This document shows positions 29,069 to 41,314 of a DNA stretch of 64,000 bases, piece after piece (position 1 is the stretch's first letter; the number at the start of each line of letters is the position of its first letter). Below the pieces are notes generated by a model, which worked only from the letters and a program-made list of their open reading frames with translations, did not search any database and had not been told where the DNA came from. A program made the position numbers and the translations under genes. Source of the stretch: Priapulus caudatus (Eukaryota); contig NW_014577071.1 of assembly GCF_000485595.1 (NCBI RefSeq), positions 881,600-945,599 of the forward strand, read 5' to 3'.

Positions 29069-29787
29069 GGGTTTGTCTATATTCAGGCCGGTACAGGAGA
29101 TAATTTGCATATTTTATCACGTGGTTTGTGTTATAACCAATCAGATGTAATCGCGTGTTCGTGACGTCACTTCCAGCTGTGAAGAAGATGGTGAAGGAGG
29201 AGGAAGGGGAGAAGGGAGAAGGTGGTGGAGAAGGAGGGGGGGAGAAGCTGGTGGAGAAGGAGGAAGGGGAGAAGGGAGAAGGTGGTGGAGAGAGAAGAGG
29301 GGAGAAGCTGGTGGAGAAGGAGGAAGGGGAGAAGGGAAAAGGTGGTGGAGAAGGAGGAGGGGAGAAGCTGGTGGAGAAGGAGGAGGGGGAGAAGCTGGTG
29401 GAGAATGAAGAAGGGAAGAAGGGAGAAGCTGGTGGAGAAGGAGGAGGTGGTGGAGAAGGTGGTGGTGAAGGTGGTGGAGAAGGGAGAAGGTGGTGCCAGG
29501 GAGAAGGGCACCTCCCTGCCACCTTCTCCACCACCTCCTCCTTCTCCACCACCTCCTCCACCAGCTTCTCCCCTCCTCCTTCTCCACCAGCTTCTCCCCC
29601 TCCTCCACCACCTTCTCCCTTCTCCCCCTCCTCCTTCTCCACCGCCTTCTCCCCTCCCCCTCCTCCACCACCTTCTCCCTTCTCCCCCTCCTCCTTCTCC
29701 ACCGCGATTACATCTGATTGGTTATAACACAAACCACGTGACAAAATATGCAAATTATCTCCTGTACCGGCCTGAATATAGAAACCC
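29069..29787. mobile_element. Foldback-like/MITE element: ~85-bp terminal inverted repeats plus inverted purine-rich/pyrimidine-rich 60-bp modular arms
   Basis: 29069-29155 is the reverse complement of 29703-29787 (1 substitution, one 2-nt indel). The GA-rich arm ~29180-29495 is inverted against the TC-rich arm ~29515-29702. Confidence 0.8.
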
Positions 29788-31502
29788 GATGGATATCTAT
29801 GTACTTATCGTACATGTTCGTGATTATAACCGGGTGGCGCCACCTATGCACAGTGTGTGTCATCGACGTGAATACGTGACGTTTATTCACCTCGTACACT
29901 CTTATGGGCGCTTTTTTGTTTCACGCGATATGATGCCTCGCCAAACGGATTAATCTGTATTTGCTTGTGCATTTGAGCATAGAGTAGCCGTAGCTAGGTC
30001 ACTTCCATTTTGCCCGATTGATTTCGCGGTGTGCTACGTGCACCATCCTTATCAAACATGGTGCGTACGAGGGATGTACTGTGATCTCTACTATCGTGTG
30101 TCGTGCATTTAATCGTTGCTAATACTTATAAATGAAAAACCATGTATTTACTCAATGTTGCGCATGTCACGCTATCCACATCTCTGGCTGGTACCAATCG
30201 TTAACTAACGAAAGAGTGGGTGAATACGAGTCAAACGTAACATAAACAACCCTTGTTCGAACATGGCTTTTCTCTATCTAACTGATCTTCGCGAACTAGC
30301 CGCAAAATAAACGTATAATATACAGCGCGTTATGACAAAAAAAGAATGCCGATCTGCTCATATTTCGAATAGACGTGTGCGAGTAAAATCAAAGTGCCAG
30401 CCAGCAAAGCAATATCATTGCGATGTTCAATACGGGATATGCATCGATATTCATCTCCGCTTTGCTTCACATGTTATTTTAGCGTCTAGCGGCGTCACCA
30501 CACCTGATCAAGTACGTTCTTTCTTTGATCACCACATCGCAAACACGAGGCAGCGCGCGCTAACTATACGTCAATATCGTACGCGAACGATCTGCGCTCA
30601 TCGCTCGTTTTATATACATAACATACTATAGGCGCTAAATTGTATTGCGTACAGTCGTGTATAAATTGATTAACAACTATATGCTAAAGCCAAAAATGCA
30701 TAATCGTTGCTTGGTCATGCAACATGTTGATACAATTACACACATACATTACATCATACAATGAAATGTCTTCAGACAGTTTTGTACGTATATTTGATTG
30801 GAATCTGTTTCGATATGTTTTCGCTGTGCAAAATAAAAATAAAAATAAAAATTAATGTGTGTACATTTTAGCTAGATCAGGAAACACTTTTCAAGGAGTA
30901 TCTGCCTCTTAAAATATCAATAAAAATCACAACCATCACTTAAACCATGCGCAATAAAAATAACAAATGTCAATTAAAATATCATTTACACGTATAATAT
31001 ATTGAGGCTGTTTCGGTCTACATGCGATTCTAGTTGATATCTCGGCGTGCCCTCACTACAGGTCTAGATCTGGTCTGTCGTGGTACCCACTTGCCTCGCC
31101 CTGAGTACATGCGTGGTTCCATCGGTATGGTTCATGGTGATCACGGTCACGTTTGATGCTTCATGCCCATTCAAGCGGAGCTATTCAGGAGGTGGTTATA
31201 ACCCGAGGGTGTAAAGTAGGGCGAGTTGTTAGCCTAGTCAGCCATTACTGGTTAGCCCTCTGCGGAATACCTTACTGTATAGTAAGAGAAGAACTTTATA
31301 ACTCATAGACCTGCGTTGAATAACAGTTTGATTAATCGTAAGTGAGTATGAAGTTTCTGATCGTATTTGAGTATTTTTAGTGTTTTGAGTATTTGAGCAT
31401 GTGATCGTATGTGAGTATTTGTCGTACAGATTGTGGATACATTGGTTTGAATTTAGTTTGTAAATTGCGTTGGTTTATTTACTCGCTAAATGTTGATCCG
31501 TA

Positions 31503-31897
31503 CGGTGGCCCATATGAACAAAACTAAAAGCACGCAAGCACGCATGTACGCATGAACGCAAACACAAGTATGCAAGCAAACAGCAAGTTGCAAAACGGAA
31601 ATTGGTGGTGGGGGAGGGGGGTAAGGGGGGGAGTGCAACACGAAATCTCGATGGTGGAGGGAGGTGGTGGAGGGCGCTAGTGCTGCCACCTATTTCCGTT
31701 TAGGAAACTTGTATTTGCTTCGATTGCTTTGCCAACTTTGTTACTTGCGTACTTGCGAACATGTGTTGCGTTCATATGAAGTTGCAGTTGGCGTCCTTAA
31801 ATGTGTTTGTCTTGAAACCTATTTGCTTCGTCTCGAACTTTATCTGTTTGCCAACATGCTAACCGGCGTACTTGTGTTTTGCTCATATGGGCCACCG
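31503..31897. mobile_element. MITE with TA target-site duplication
   Basis: TA|CGGTGGCCCATATGAACAAAAC ... GTTTTGCTCATATGGGCCACCG|TA; inner inverted pair AAACGGAAATTGGTGG / CCACCTATTTCCGTTT. Confidence 0.8.
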
Positions 31898-32659
31898 TAA
31901 TTCCGCACCAACCTTCGCATTTGTCGTGTGTTTGACTCGACGTCTGCCCGAGGTGTGCATGCAAAGAATTAAACAGGCGGTAAAGAACTTTGCAAATAAT
32001 TATGCAAAAAGGCGGAAGGCAACACTTATCACCATGTGTAAATATAAAAAGAGATGAATCATTTTAGAGTCGTGAAAATATGCTTACTCATTGACCTTCG
32101 AAAACTCGGGTGAAAGTCGAGTGTTTCGCCTCGTGCCGATTGATTGTTTGCTGACTTAATGATTGGATTCATGTAGATAGACAATCGTGAAACTGATATT
32201 CGTGTGTCGTGTGTTATGAGCACGCAAACACACCTGTAATATTTATACACCCTGATATGTTGATAGCAAATCCTTAACATGAGAAAACAATATGCGCAAA
32301 CATCGTATGAGTCGTGAAGGTCGGCTTATTTTTGAACCTCGTATCTGTTTAAAGCTCAAGCGGCCGTCTGATTAGAATTTCTTGGCTTGGTGCCATTTAC
32401 ACGGTTTAGTTTCTTGCGTAGATTTTATTGTATTGAATTGTATTAAGTAATTTATTTATTAAGTTATTGTATATTAATATTAGTATATTAATTTTGAAGA
32501 AAGTTGCAGTTCAAAGTCTCCTTTCACAAAGAAGCCCACGTAGAATATGTTCAGTGCCTCAGAGCATATGTTCGTACAGATTGTTATGAGCTGTTCTAAT
32601 TCCTTAATATCTGGCAATTAATAATGATAAGATAAAGCTGTACATAATATTTGTTATTG

Positions 32660-33130
32660 TAGTCCAGCAAATTAACCATTTGGCAATCCGAATAAGAAAT
32701 CCTCATGCAAGTTGAACATTTCTACCGTAATGGCGTAATTAAATGGCGGCCGTATTGGAATTATGCTAATTAGGACAGCCATATTGGATTTATGCTAACT
32801 AGGGCAGCCATATTGCATTTTTATATGTTAGGAAGTGATCCATTTTTATTCTAATATAGGTAAATGCATTTTCCATGCCAACAGTCATCATAATATAGTA
32901 CTTTAAATTACTGAAATACGTACTTGGGTAGCAGAGATATTGCAAAATCATGGAAATTGCATGGCCACCATTTTGGATTTATCAAAATTCTGCAAATTTG
33001 CGTGGGAGGATTTCTTAATTAGGACTTTTAAGATGGTGTTCTGGGGACATCACAGAAATCCACTGTGGTAAAAAAAATCATGTTGCTTTGTTTAAGGTTG
33101 GCTGCAAAATTACCTAGATTGCCTGGACTA
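32660..33130. mobile_element. Non-autonomous DNA transposon, probably Academ-related
   Basis: Termini TAGTCCAGCAA ... TTGCCTGGACTA. Internal repeated (G)GCxGCCATATTG motifs resemble those near the Academ-like end at 61167. Flanks TTG/CTG. Confidence 0.55.
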
Positions 33131-34114
33131 CTGCGGTTGTTCATAGTATACAAGTAAGCCAGTGTGTGTGTGTGTGTGTGTGTGTGTCAACATGGGTCTA
33201 TAGTTAGATGAGATTAATAGCGAAGATGAATTAATAACTAGTCTTTCAGGTATCTGAGAAAACCAAGCTGAGTAATATTTATATTGAACGGCGCTGAATC
33301 GGTTAATATAAACACGAAGGATTCTCTCTGCTTGGATCGGCCGGGCGCATTATATTTATCAAATTTAGACAATAGGATAACATGTCAATAACATGAGTGA
33401 TTTCTTTCCAGATATCTAATGGAACAATCATTTATCTGATATAAACACAGCAATATGTACACTATGTACAACCATAGACACTTCCTGCTAGGCTGAACCA
33501 GAGGCATCTTTATCTTGACTTATCAGACTTTCATCATGCCATTTTGATTGCGTTATATACCATTTTGATTGCGTTTATATTGCCTATAAAAATCCAGTAA
33601 ACCTCTCCCTGTTAATTAATGTGGCCCACAGCTACACAGCTAGGCTATAGTAATACCTCACCCGTATAAATCAAGCCACTCTCGGCTCGCTATATAATAG
33701 CGATATGGATCTACAGGTCAATAAATATTTGGATAAATAATGTGGTCAAGTGAACTGCGCGCGGACTGACCACAGTATCACCAGAGTACACGGTCCGGCG
33801 ATATATATTAAGAAACCTTCTCTTGACTCGCTGTATGATAGCGATATGGATCTACTCGTTTTGCTAAGCGGGTTACTTAACACGAACACTCTTGCTTTGC
33901 TAGCAAGTCTTTTAGTGATTATTGTAATTTGCTATCTGGTGGTGAGACCACGAAACTTGCCACCTGGGCCATGTGGCATACCGATATTTGGCTACCTCCT
34001 ATGCTTATATGGGACCGGTTATCCATGGGATATTATCTTCAAAAAGAGAGAGAAATATGGCGATATTTGGAGCATGTATCTCGGAGCACGGCTGGTTGTT
34101 GTGCTGCATAACTG

Positions 34115-34822
34115 GGGCCCGTTGCCAGAAACTTCGTAAAGTTACGATTAATTTTAAGTCTAATGTTAATGTTAAGGTTAATTTTAATAGCGTTGCCAGA
34201 AACCAACTTAAACTAAACTTACTTAAGTGAAAACCCACAATAACAAGAACTTCATAACTTTATGTCACAAGGCTTGCTGATTTGGATGCGATCGATCAAC
34301 AAAATTCAAATTCATACACATTTATTGTACATCACAGTAATTTATGCATATTATGATGGTAACCACATATAAATAATATTTGATGAAAAATTACGTGTCA
34401 TAGATTTATTCTGCACAAACAAGACAAATTCTCACACTGTAAGCGCGAGACGCGAGAATCGGGCAAGCGTTCCTTTAAAACAAGAGAACAAATGCCATAC
34501 GTCATTTGTAAATGTATTGCTTTGTTATTAGCGGTAGATAATTAATGATTTGACTGTGTTTTTCCAAGAAAAAACACACATTTTATTCATTAATTATAAA
34601 ATATAAATAATCACTATAATTGTAATTCGTAGTGTAAATATGTTATTTTAACTTAATATTAAAGTTAAGGGAGGGTCTAGAATCTCTTAAGTTAAGAGAA
34701 AATTAGCGAGAATTTTTAATCTCTTAACTTTACGAAGTTTCTGGCAACGCTTTAAGAGAAAAAGTTAATGTTAAGGTTAATGTTAAGACTAATTTGCTTT
34801 CTGACAACGGGCCACGCGGCCC
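34115..34822. mobile_element. PIF/Harbinger-type MITE inserted in P450 copy A
   Basis: Absent from paralogs (AACTGGAAGT). 3-bp TSD CTG. TIR GGGCCCGTTGCCAGAAA / TTTCTGACAACGGGCC(ACGCGGCCC). Subterminal CGTTGCCAGAAA repeated at both ends. Confidence 0.85.
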
Positions 34823-35242
34823 CTGGAAGTTAGCGAAAGAAGCGCTGATAGACCAAGCAGATCATACGTCCTTCAAAGCTAGTCAGCACAGCTTGAAAGT
34901 CCAGTGCGATGGCGGCGGTGGTTTAGTCCATTCGAATGGCCGACAATGGAAAGAACATCGGAGATTTTTGCTGAAATCACTGAGGGGATTTGGGTTTGGA
35001 ACAAAGTCTATCGAAGAGAGAATTATGGAAGAAGTAGATTACCTAACAACGCAGATGGCGGCGCACCAAGGCAAGCCCTTCGTCATTTCCAACTACTTGC
35101 ACTTGTGCTGCAAATGTATGCTTCACGTAGTTTTCGGAAAACGATTGACCTTGATAACAAGGACTTTCATGTACTTGTACCAGCAATACTTGGCATATTT
35201 CATGACCAAGACGAATTTGTGAACCCTTTGATTTATTTACCA

Positions 35243-36483
35243 CTAGCTGCGGGTACCCGCTGCGCTGGGTAAAATCGTGCTACTAATTCATACTACTAAT
35301 AATTGGACACAATAGGAAACATTGGGTAAAAATCGACAATATAAAACATTGCACAGCAATATCAATATTTACAAATCAGTCTAATAAAGATAATAAGCAT
35401 GGGGAAAACTGTTACGGTATGACATTTATATGACAGCAGAAACCCAACTTAGAACCCCTGGAACATAATATTAATATGGTGAAATGAGAAAAAAAAAGTT
35501 ATTATAACAGCATGTACGAATGGGTTGCAGTTTTCATTTGAAAACCTATTGGTAAACAATGGTTTGCGTGTTATTGCTGTGCTGAAATATGTAGAGATTG
35601 CTGGCGTCTCGAACTGTTGGGCTCACCACGTACAGCTATCCATTGTCAGATGCGTAGGATGATTAAAGGAAATTGGGATATAAGTATAGATAAGACAGGC
35701 CAGTCGAGTGGGGTCTGTGTCCATTGGATATTGTCTAGTAAATGCTTGGCGCGCAACTATGCACATTGAAAATAAAGGAATTTTTCTACTGAATCAGAAA
35801 AAGGCAATAGCTTTTCGAAGTGGTACAATGATTCTGAAATCGTAGCAGAATAAAAAAAGTCGATATATGGTATACAGACAGGCCAGCGAGTGGGAAATTT
35901 GTAATTAAAAAAAATGTTTACTGCACTTGGTACGCAGTCTTATGCGTTGATGTTTTGAGCAATCGTAACCTCCAAACTATATGATACTCATACTAAACTA
36001 TAGTGAATCTCTATAAATATTATAAATGCATCTAATCAGATAATAAGCATGGTAAAAAACGGTTACGTATATTATACAGCACAACCCAACGTAGAACCCC
36101 TGGAACATAATAGTAATATGGTGTAAATAAGAAAAAGTTATTCTAACAGCATGTACGAATGAGTTGCACTTCTCATTTCAAAGCCACTTGATAAACAATG
36201 CAGTCGTATACTCCTGAACAGGTTCCCTGGTTGTGCTCTGTTTTAGTATCGGTTTCGTTTCACAATACACAGCAGCTGATGGAATGAGTGACGATTTTTG
36301 TCTTTGAGGGGTTTTTCACGATTTTTCGGTGAGTTTGACGGTTTGGCAGGTTTTTTTCAGCTAGGAACAACCCCCGGGGTATGAGAGATGGCCCTGTGAA
36401 TGCATCCAGATCGCTTGGCGGTTTGGCCGCCATAATAGGGAAGATACATACATACATACATACGAACTCAAATATATATTAGA
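35243..36483 (-). mobile_element. Non-autonomous Helitron inserted in P450 copy A
   Basis: Minus strand reads A|TC...CTAG|T with no TSD (paralog empty site TTACCA^TGGTT). 3' hairpin ACCCAGCGCAGCGGGT, (TACA)n near the 5' end, internal ~170-bp direct repeat (~35381-35560 / ~36032-36200). Confidence 0.9.
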
Positions 36484-37327
36484 TGGTTAAGGAATTTGCC
36501 GATTATCCGCACTAGATATAACAAATACTTTAGCGATCTCTGCCTGTTATAACTGGTGTAGTGCAGTAAATAGCTGAACATCGTTCCACCTATGATGCAA
36601 ACTGCATTCGGATGTCGTCGATGACTATATCAGAGAACAAAAGAACCAGTTCAAGTGCTAGGTGAAGACAGTACATTTACTGAGGGGCCAGTTCGCAAAA
36701 AACCATGTTTGATCTTCTCATCGCTGGCATCGAGACCTTCAGCACCACCTTTGACTGGTTCGCACTCTGCACGCTATGTATACGATGTTCAGAGCAAAGT
36801 GGCGTACAGAGATTGATGAGGTAATCGGGACAAGGCTGCCAACTTACGAGATCGTCTGAAGATGCCCTACAGCAGAGCTACCTGTATGGAGCTGCAGAGA
36901 GATTGGGAATATTGGCATGTCTTACTTCTCCGCACGGTCACCAAAGGTATTGAACTTGGAGGACACAACATTCCGCAGCGCGTCTCTGTTAGTCAATGCG
37001 TACACTATGCAGATTGATGAAGACTATGGAAGAACCCCGATGAGCTTAATCGCGGACAGATTTCTTGATGGTAGCGTAAAGTCATCGTGAAACCGGACTC
37101 GTTCATGCCATTTTCGTTGGGTCGCAGAAACTGCATCGGCGAATCACTAGGTTAGAATGGAACTATTCTTGTTCCTAACGTCATTCTAACAAAAATTCGA
37201 ACTTACGTTTCCGAAAGGACCCGCGCTACAACCACGGAGCACATATCTCGCGGGTATTACTATGGCTCGACCCCTTATGAGATATGCGCAATACAGAGAT
37301 AGTTTTATAACCAATCCATATATTGAA

Positions 37328-37619
37328 ATATGTGTTAGAATTACGACTATTGAGTTGTTCAACATTATATGTTGAATTTGCAAGATTAGCAGAAACTGAT
37401 TTGTTATAATATTGATCGAAGGCGGAATCAAGTGTTTCTCGAATTAAAACAGTTATATGTGTTAGAATTACGACTATTGAGTTGTTCAATAATATATGCT
37501 GATTATGCAGAACTAGCAAAGAAACTGATTTGTTATAATATTGATCAAGGGCGGAATCAAGTATTTCTCGAATTAAAACAGTTATATGTGTTAGAATTAT
37601 GACTATTGAGTTGTTCAAT
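37328..37619 (+). repeat. 127-bp tandem repeat downstream of P450 stop (also 42834-43017, 56226-56347, 60277-60531)
   Basis: Unit ATATGTGTTAGAATTACGACT...CTCGAATTAAAACAGTT; period 127 measured at 60277/60404. Confidence 0.9.
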
Positions 37620-39078
37620 TAAAAAAATGTCGCGAATTTACTAACCGACACCACATTTGTCCCTGAAAAACTGTCGCGCAGTCGAATACGGGCCATACAT
37701 TAAAAGAATTTGTTTTAAATTACCAGTAACCATCCACCCATCTCCATGTGCATGTCATTGCCACACACGATAGCCAGCCTAAATAATACAACCACAAAAC
37801 ATCGCGTCAGCTTTAATGCACGAGCTGCCGGCCTTCTGATTAGTCGGCCGATGACGCGTCACATCCTCTAACCTAACAGCGTAATGAACCGGTAGTGATT
37901 TAATAGTGGTCACTTGTCAGATTAACAAAAAACTGATGGGTTATAACATTGATCGAAGAAAACCACGCTATACTGAGTGCGGATAACTGGGTTCAACGAA
38001 CAATAGTCCGTGGTTTTACATATAGTACACACGTAAACTATATGTCAAAATGTATGACGCTGTATAAGCTTAATGCATCGTCCGTCAAGTATCCTGCAAA
38101 GAGGAGTAAGAGCAATAATGGACACACGCACCCGCACGCACGCACGCACGCACGTACGCACGCACGTCATGCACGTCACGCACGCACACCACGCGCGCAC
38201 GCACGCACGTTCTTACGCGCACGCACGTTCTTACGCGCACGTTCTTACGCGCACGCACGCACGCACGTTCTCACGCGCACTCACGCGCAGACAGCCCAGC
38301 TGGTAGCGTAAATAGAAGAATTGCTATTTAAACACACGTACTGTCGTATGGGGTTAACCCCATAGGTCCACTGCAATAACACTGGCAGTGGCAGTGCTGT
38401 GGTGGGGTGATGGCGGTGTGAGCATGTGTGTGTGTGGGGGTGGGGGTAACGACAGCAGGGTATGTTAACGAACGACCCAGGTGAATTTGACTCCTATAAT
38501 CCCGTTTTCACGTGTATATGTCGTGCCCTGGTAACCAGAAAGGGCTTACAATATTAACCTTTATTTCCTATGTAAACGCTCGTGATATTTGTATCAAATC
38601 GTGACAAAGTCATCGCACGAACTTGATAATGACAGCATATGTCAATGTCATAATATTTGCAGCCTGGGTAAAGGCTGCAGGCTGAAAATTTTAGGGTCAT
38701 TATACTTGCAGCCTGGTTAAAGACTGCAGGCTAAGTATCACGGCATGCAAACAAAGATTGCAATTTCCATTGCAATTTCGTTCGTACTATTGCTAGTAAT
38801 TATTATTTTTTGATACATTAATTAACACATTGTAATTAAAATATATAATCACTGACCACGATTAGGTGTCGTGATGAAAACATTCGACCTGTATGAAGTA
38901 TATTGTGCTTCTTTTTCAGGCTGGCCTCAATGGAACTGTGTGACTTTCTCTGTAATCCGAGAGCTATATCCATATACCGAAGCAGTATCCCGCAAAATCC
39001 CTGCAAGACAGCGCTTGAACATTTCGCCTCCTCAGATGAAGGATCTTTAGTGCGGTATACCCTCGCACACCGAAACTA

Positions 39079-39203
39079 ACACACACACACACACACCCAC
39101 ACACGTGCCCATACACCCACACACGTGCCCATACACGTACACACGCACACACACGCACACACAACAAACACACGCACACACACACACACACAACACACAC
39201 ACA

Positions 39204-39234
<31 letters not shown>

Positions 39235-39275
39235 GCGCCCATACACGTACACACGCACACACAGGCACACACAAA

Positions 39276-39340
<65 letters not shown>

Positions 39341-39341
39341 C

Positions 39342-39380
<39 letters not shown>

Positions 39381-39386
39381 GCCCAC
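39079..39386. repeat. (CA)n/(CG)n compound microsatellite upstream of P450; homologs at ~40890-41150 and ~44630-44940
   Basis: Direct reading. Confidence 0.9.
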
Positions 39387-39551
39387 ATAGAGAGATAGAG
39401 AGGGCGACAAAAGATATATAGGCCAATATCTATTTGGATAAATAATTTGGTCCAGTGAACTGCGCGCGGACTGACCACAGTAACACCAGAGTACACGGTC
39501 CGGCGATATATATTAGGAAACCTTCTCTTTGGCTCGCTATATGATAGCGAT

Positions 39552-39792
39552 ATGGATCTACTCGCTTTGCTAGGCGGGTTACTTAACACGAACACTCTTG
39601 CTTTGCTAGCAAGTCTTTTAGTGATTATTGTAATTCGCTATCTGGTGTGAGACCACGAAACTTGCCACCGGGCCATGTGGCATACCGATATTTGGCTACC
39701 TCCTATCCTTATATAGGACCGGGTATCCATGGGATATCATCTTCAAAAGGAGAGAGAAATATGGCGACATTTGGAGCATGTATCTGATCACG
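39552..39792 (+). pseudogene. Cytochrome P450 copy B, 5' fragment ending at an assembly gap
   Basis: ATGGATCTACTCGCT... homologous to the first ~80 codons, with 1-nt indels. May be a redundant assembly of copy C or D. Confidence 0.75.
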
Positions 39793-39817
39793 NNNNNNNN
39801 NNNNNNNNNNNNNNNNN
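39793..39817. other. Assembly gap (25 N)
   Basis: N run. Confidence 1.
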
Positions 39818-40941
39818 CCACAGGCATCCCTAACTCTAGCACGCTAAGACTTTCAAATCTTCGAATGCGTTTGTTGCGTCTCTGTTTGGCATTCAAAGTT
39901 ATAGGCTGCCGTCTAGCTCAATGGTTGAGTATACCTTCGCCACTGTATGATGCATAACAATTAGCGCTTGCGCACATCTCTCTCGCAAAATTATATCGCG
40001 AAAACATCAGCTTGAAGAAGTCTATAGTTGCAGCATCGTGGCAATGAGAACTCCTTCGAATGAGCGACAGTCACCGTGTGGTTTCACATGGCAGATAATA
40101 CACACGCTGACTATCACACGCGAGCGCTCAATCACGTTGAATTTCGCACGAGGCGTTCAACTGCGTCATAGCACATACCGACGTATCTGTGAAGAGCTGT
40201 AAACAAGCAATTCGAACAGTTATCGATAACAACAATCCAATCAAGCGCTGGCCACTTGCAACACTATCAATTCAATAATCATTAGAGTCCTTGAGCAGTA
40301 ATCAAAACAAAATTTCCTTACCTCGCGAGACGTACCGCACACACACACACACGCACACACACACAGACGACACACACACACACACACACACAGCACACAC
40401 ACAACACCCCACACAACACTCACAAAATCATAAAAGTGTCAGAATTGAATGCGTAAATGTTTTCACATTGCTCCTTCACCTACTAGTATAAGAGAAGTTC
40501 GAGATTCTGTTAGACCATGCGGGAGCGGTTATTAAATGTAATTAATTTCAAGTGTTCACGAATAATTTCATACAATCAAGTGTTAGTAATCTCATTAGAA
40601 CACCCTCGTTGAGCTAAAGAGTATTACTCGTTTTAGAGAGACTTAAAAACAGACTAAAGATCATCACGTAGATGTTAAAATGACACAAACACTGCACTTA
40701 CACGCGGTAACGGCGCATCCTCAGCACACAAGTACAACACACGTGGCCCAAAGCAGTCACAACTATCCTCTACCTTAACCCTCAACCCTTAACGCGACTA
40801 ACCCTAACCTAAATCCCTAAACAATAACTCTAAACCGACTACCGGCTATCTTAATACAACCCGTTCGCACTCACGAACGACACTACAGCACGCACACCCA
40901 CATCGCACACACAAACAAACACACGCTCACACACACACACA

Positions 40942-40972
<31 letters not shown>

Positions 40973-41035
40973 CCTCGCGCGCGCGCGCGCGCGCCCATAC
41001 ACGTACACACGCACACACAGGCACACACAAACAAA

Positions 41036-41082
<47 letters not shown>

Positions 41083-41086
41083 ACAC

Positions 41087-41122
<36 letters not shown>

Positions 41123-41314
41123 ACACAAACACCGACTACACGCCCACATAGAGAGAGCTAGAGAGGGCGACAAAACGATTATAGGCCAATATCTATTTGG
41201 ATAAATAATTTGGTCCAGTGAACTGCGCCGCGACTGACCACAGTAACACCAGAGTACACGGTTCCGGCGATATATATTAGGAAACCTTCTCTTGGCTCGC
41301 TATATGATAGCGAT

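Larger units (their letters stand above)
33846..37302 (+). pseudogene. Cytochrome P450 clan 2, copy A (two TE insertions, nonsense TAA at 36567-36569, many frameshifts)
   Basis: Colinear with intact copy G from ATG to the AIQR* end. PPGP, WKEHR, AGIET and FSLGRRNCIG motifs present. Confidence 0.93.

Noticed and set aside
29058..29953. Overlapping E/G-rich and S/P-rich ORFs on both strands
   Set aside because: Explained by the inverted purine/pyrimidine repeats; no coding evidence.
31050..31280. GC-richer island resembling a LINE/SINE 5' region
   Set aside because: No A/B boxes, ORF or tail that I can demonstrate.
39905..39945. tRNA-like 5' sequence GCCGTCTAGCTCAATGGTTGAG
   Set aside because: A-box only, with no T-arm/B-box or cloverleaf, in low-quality sequence next to a gap.
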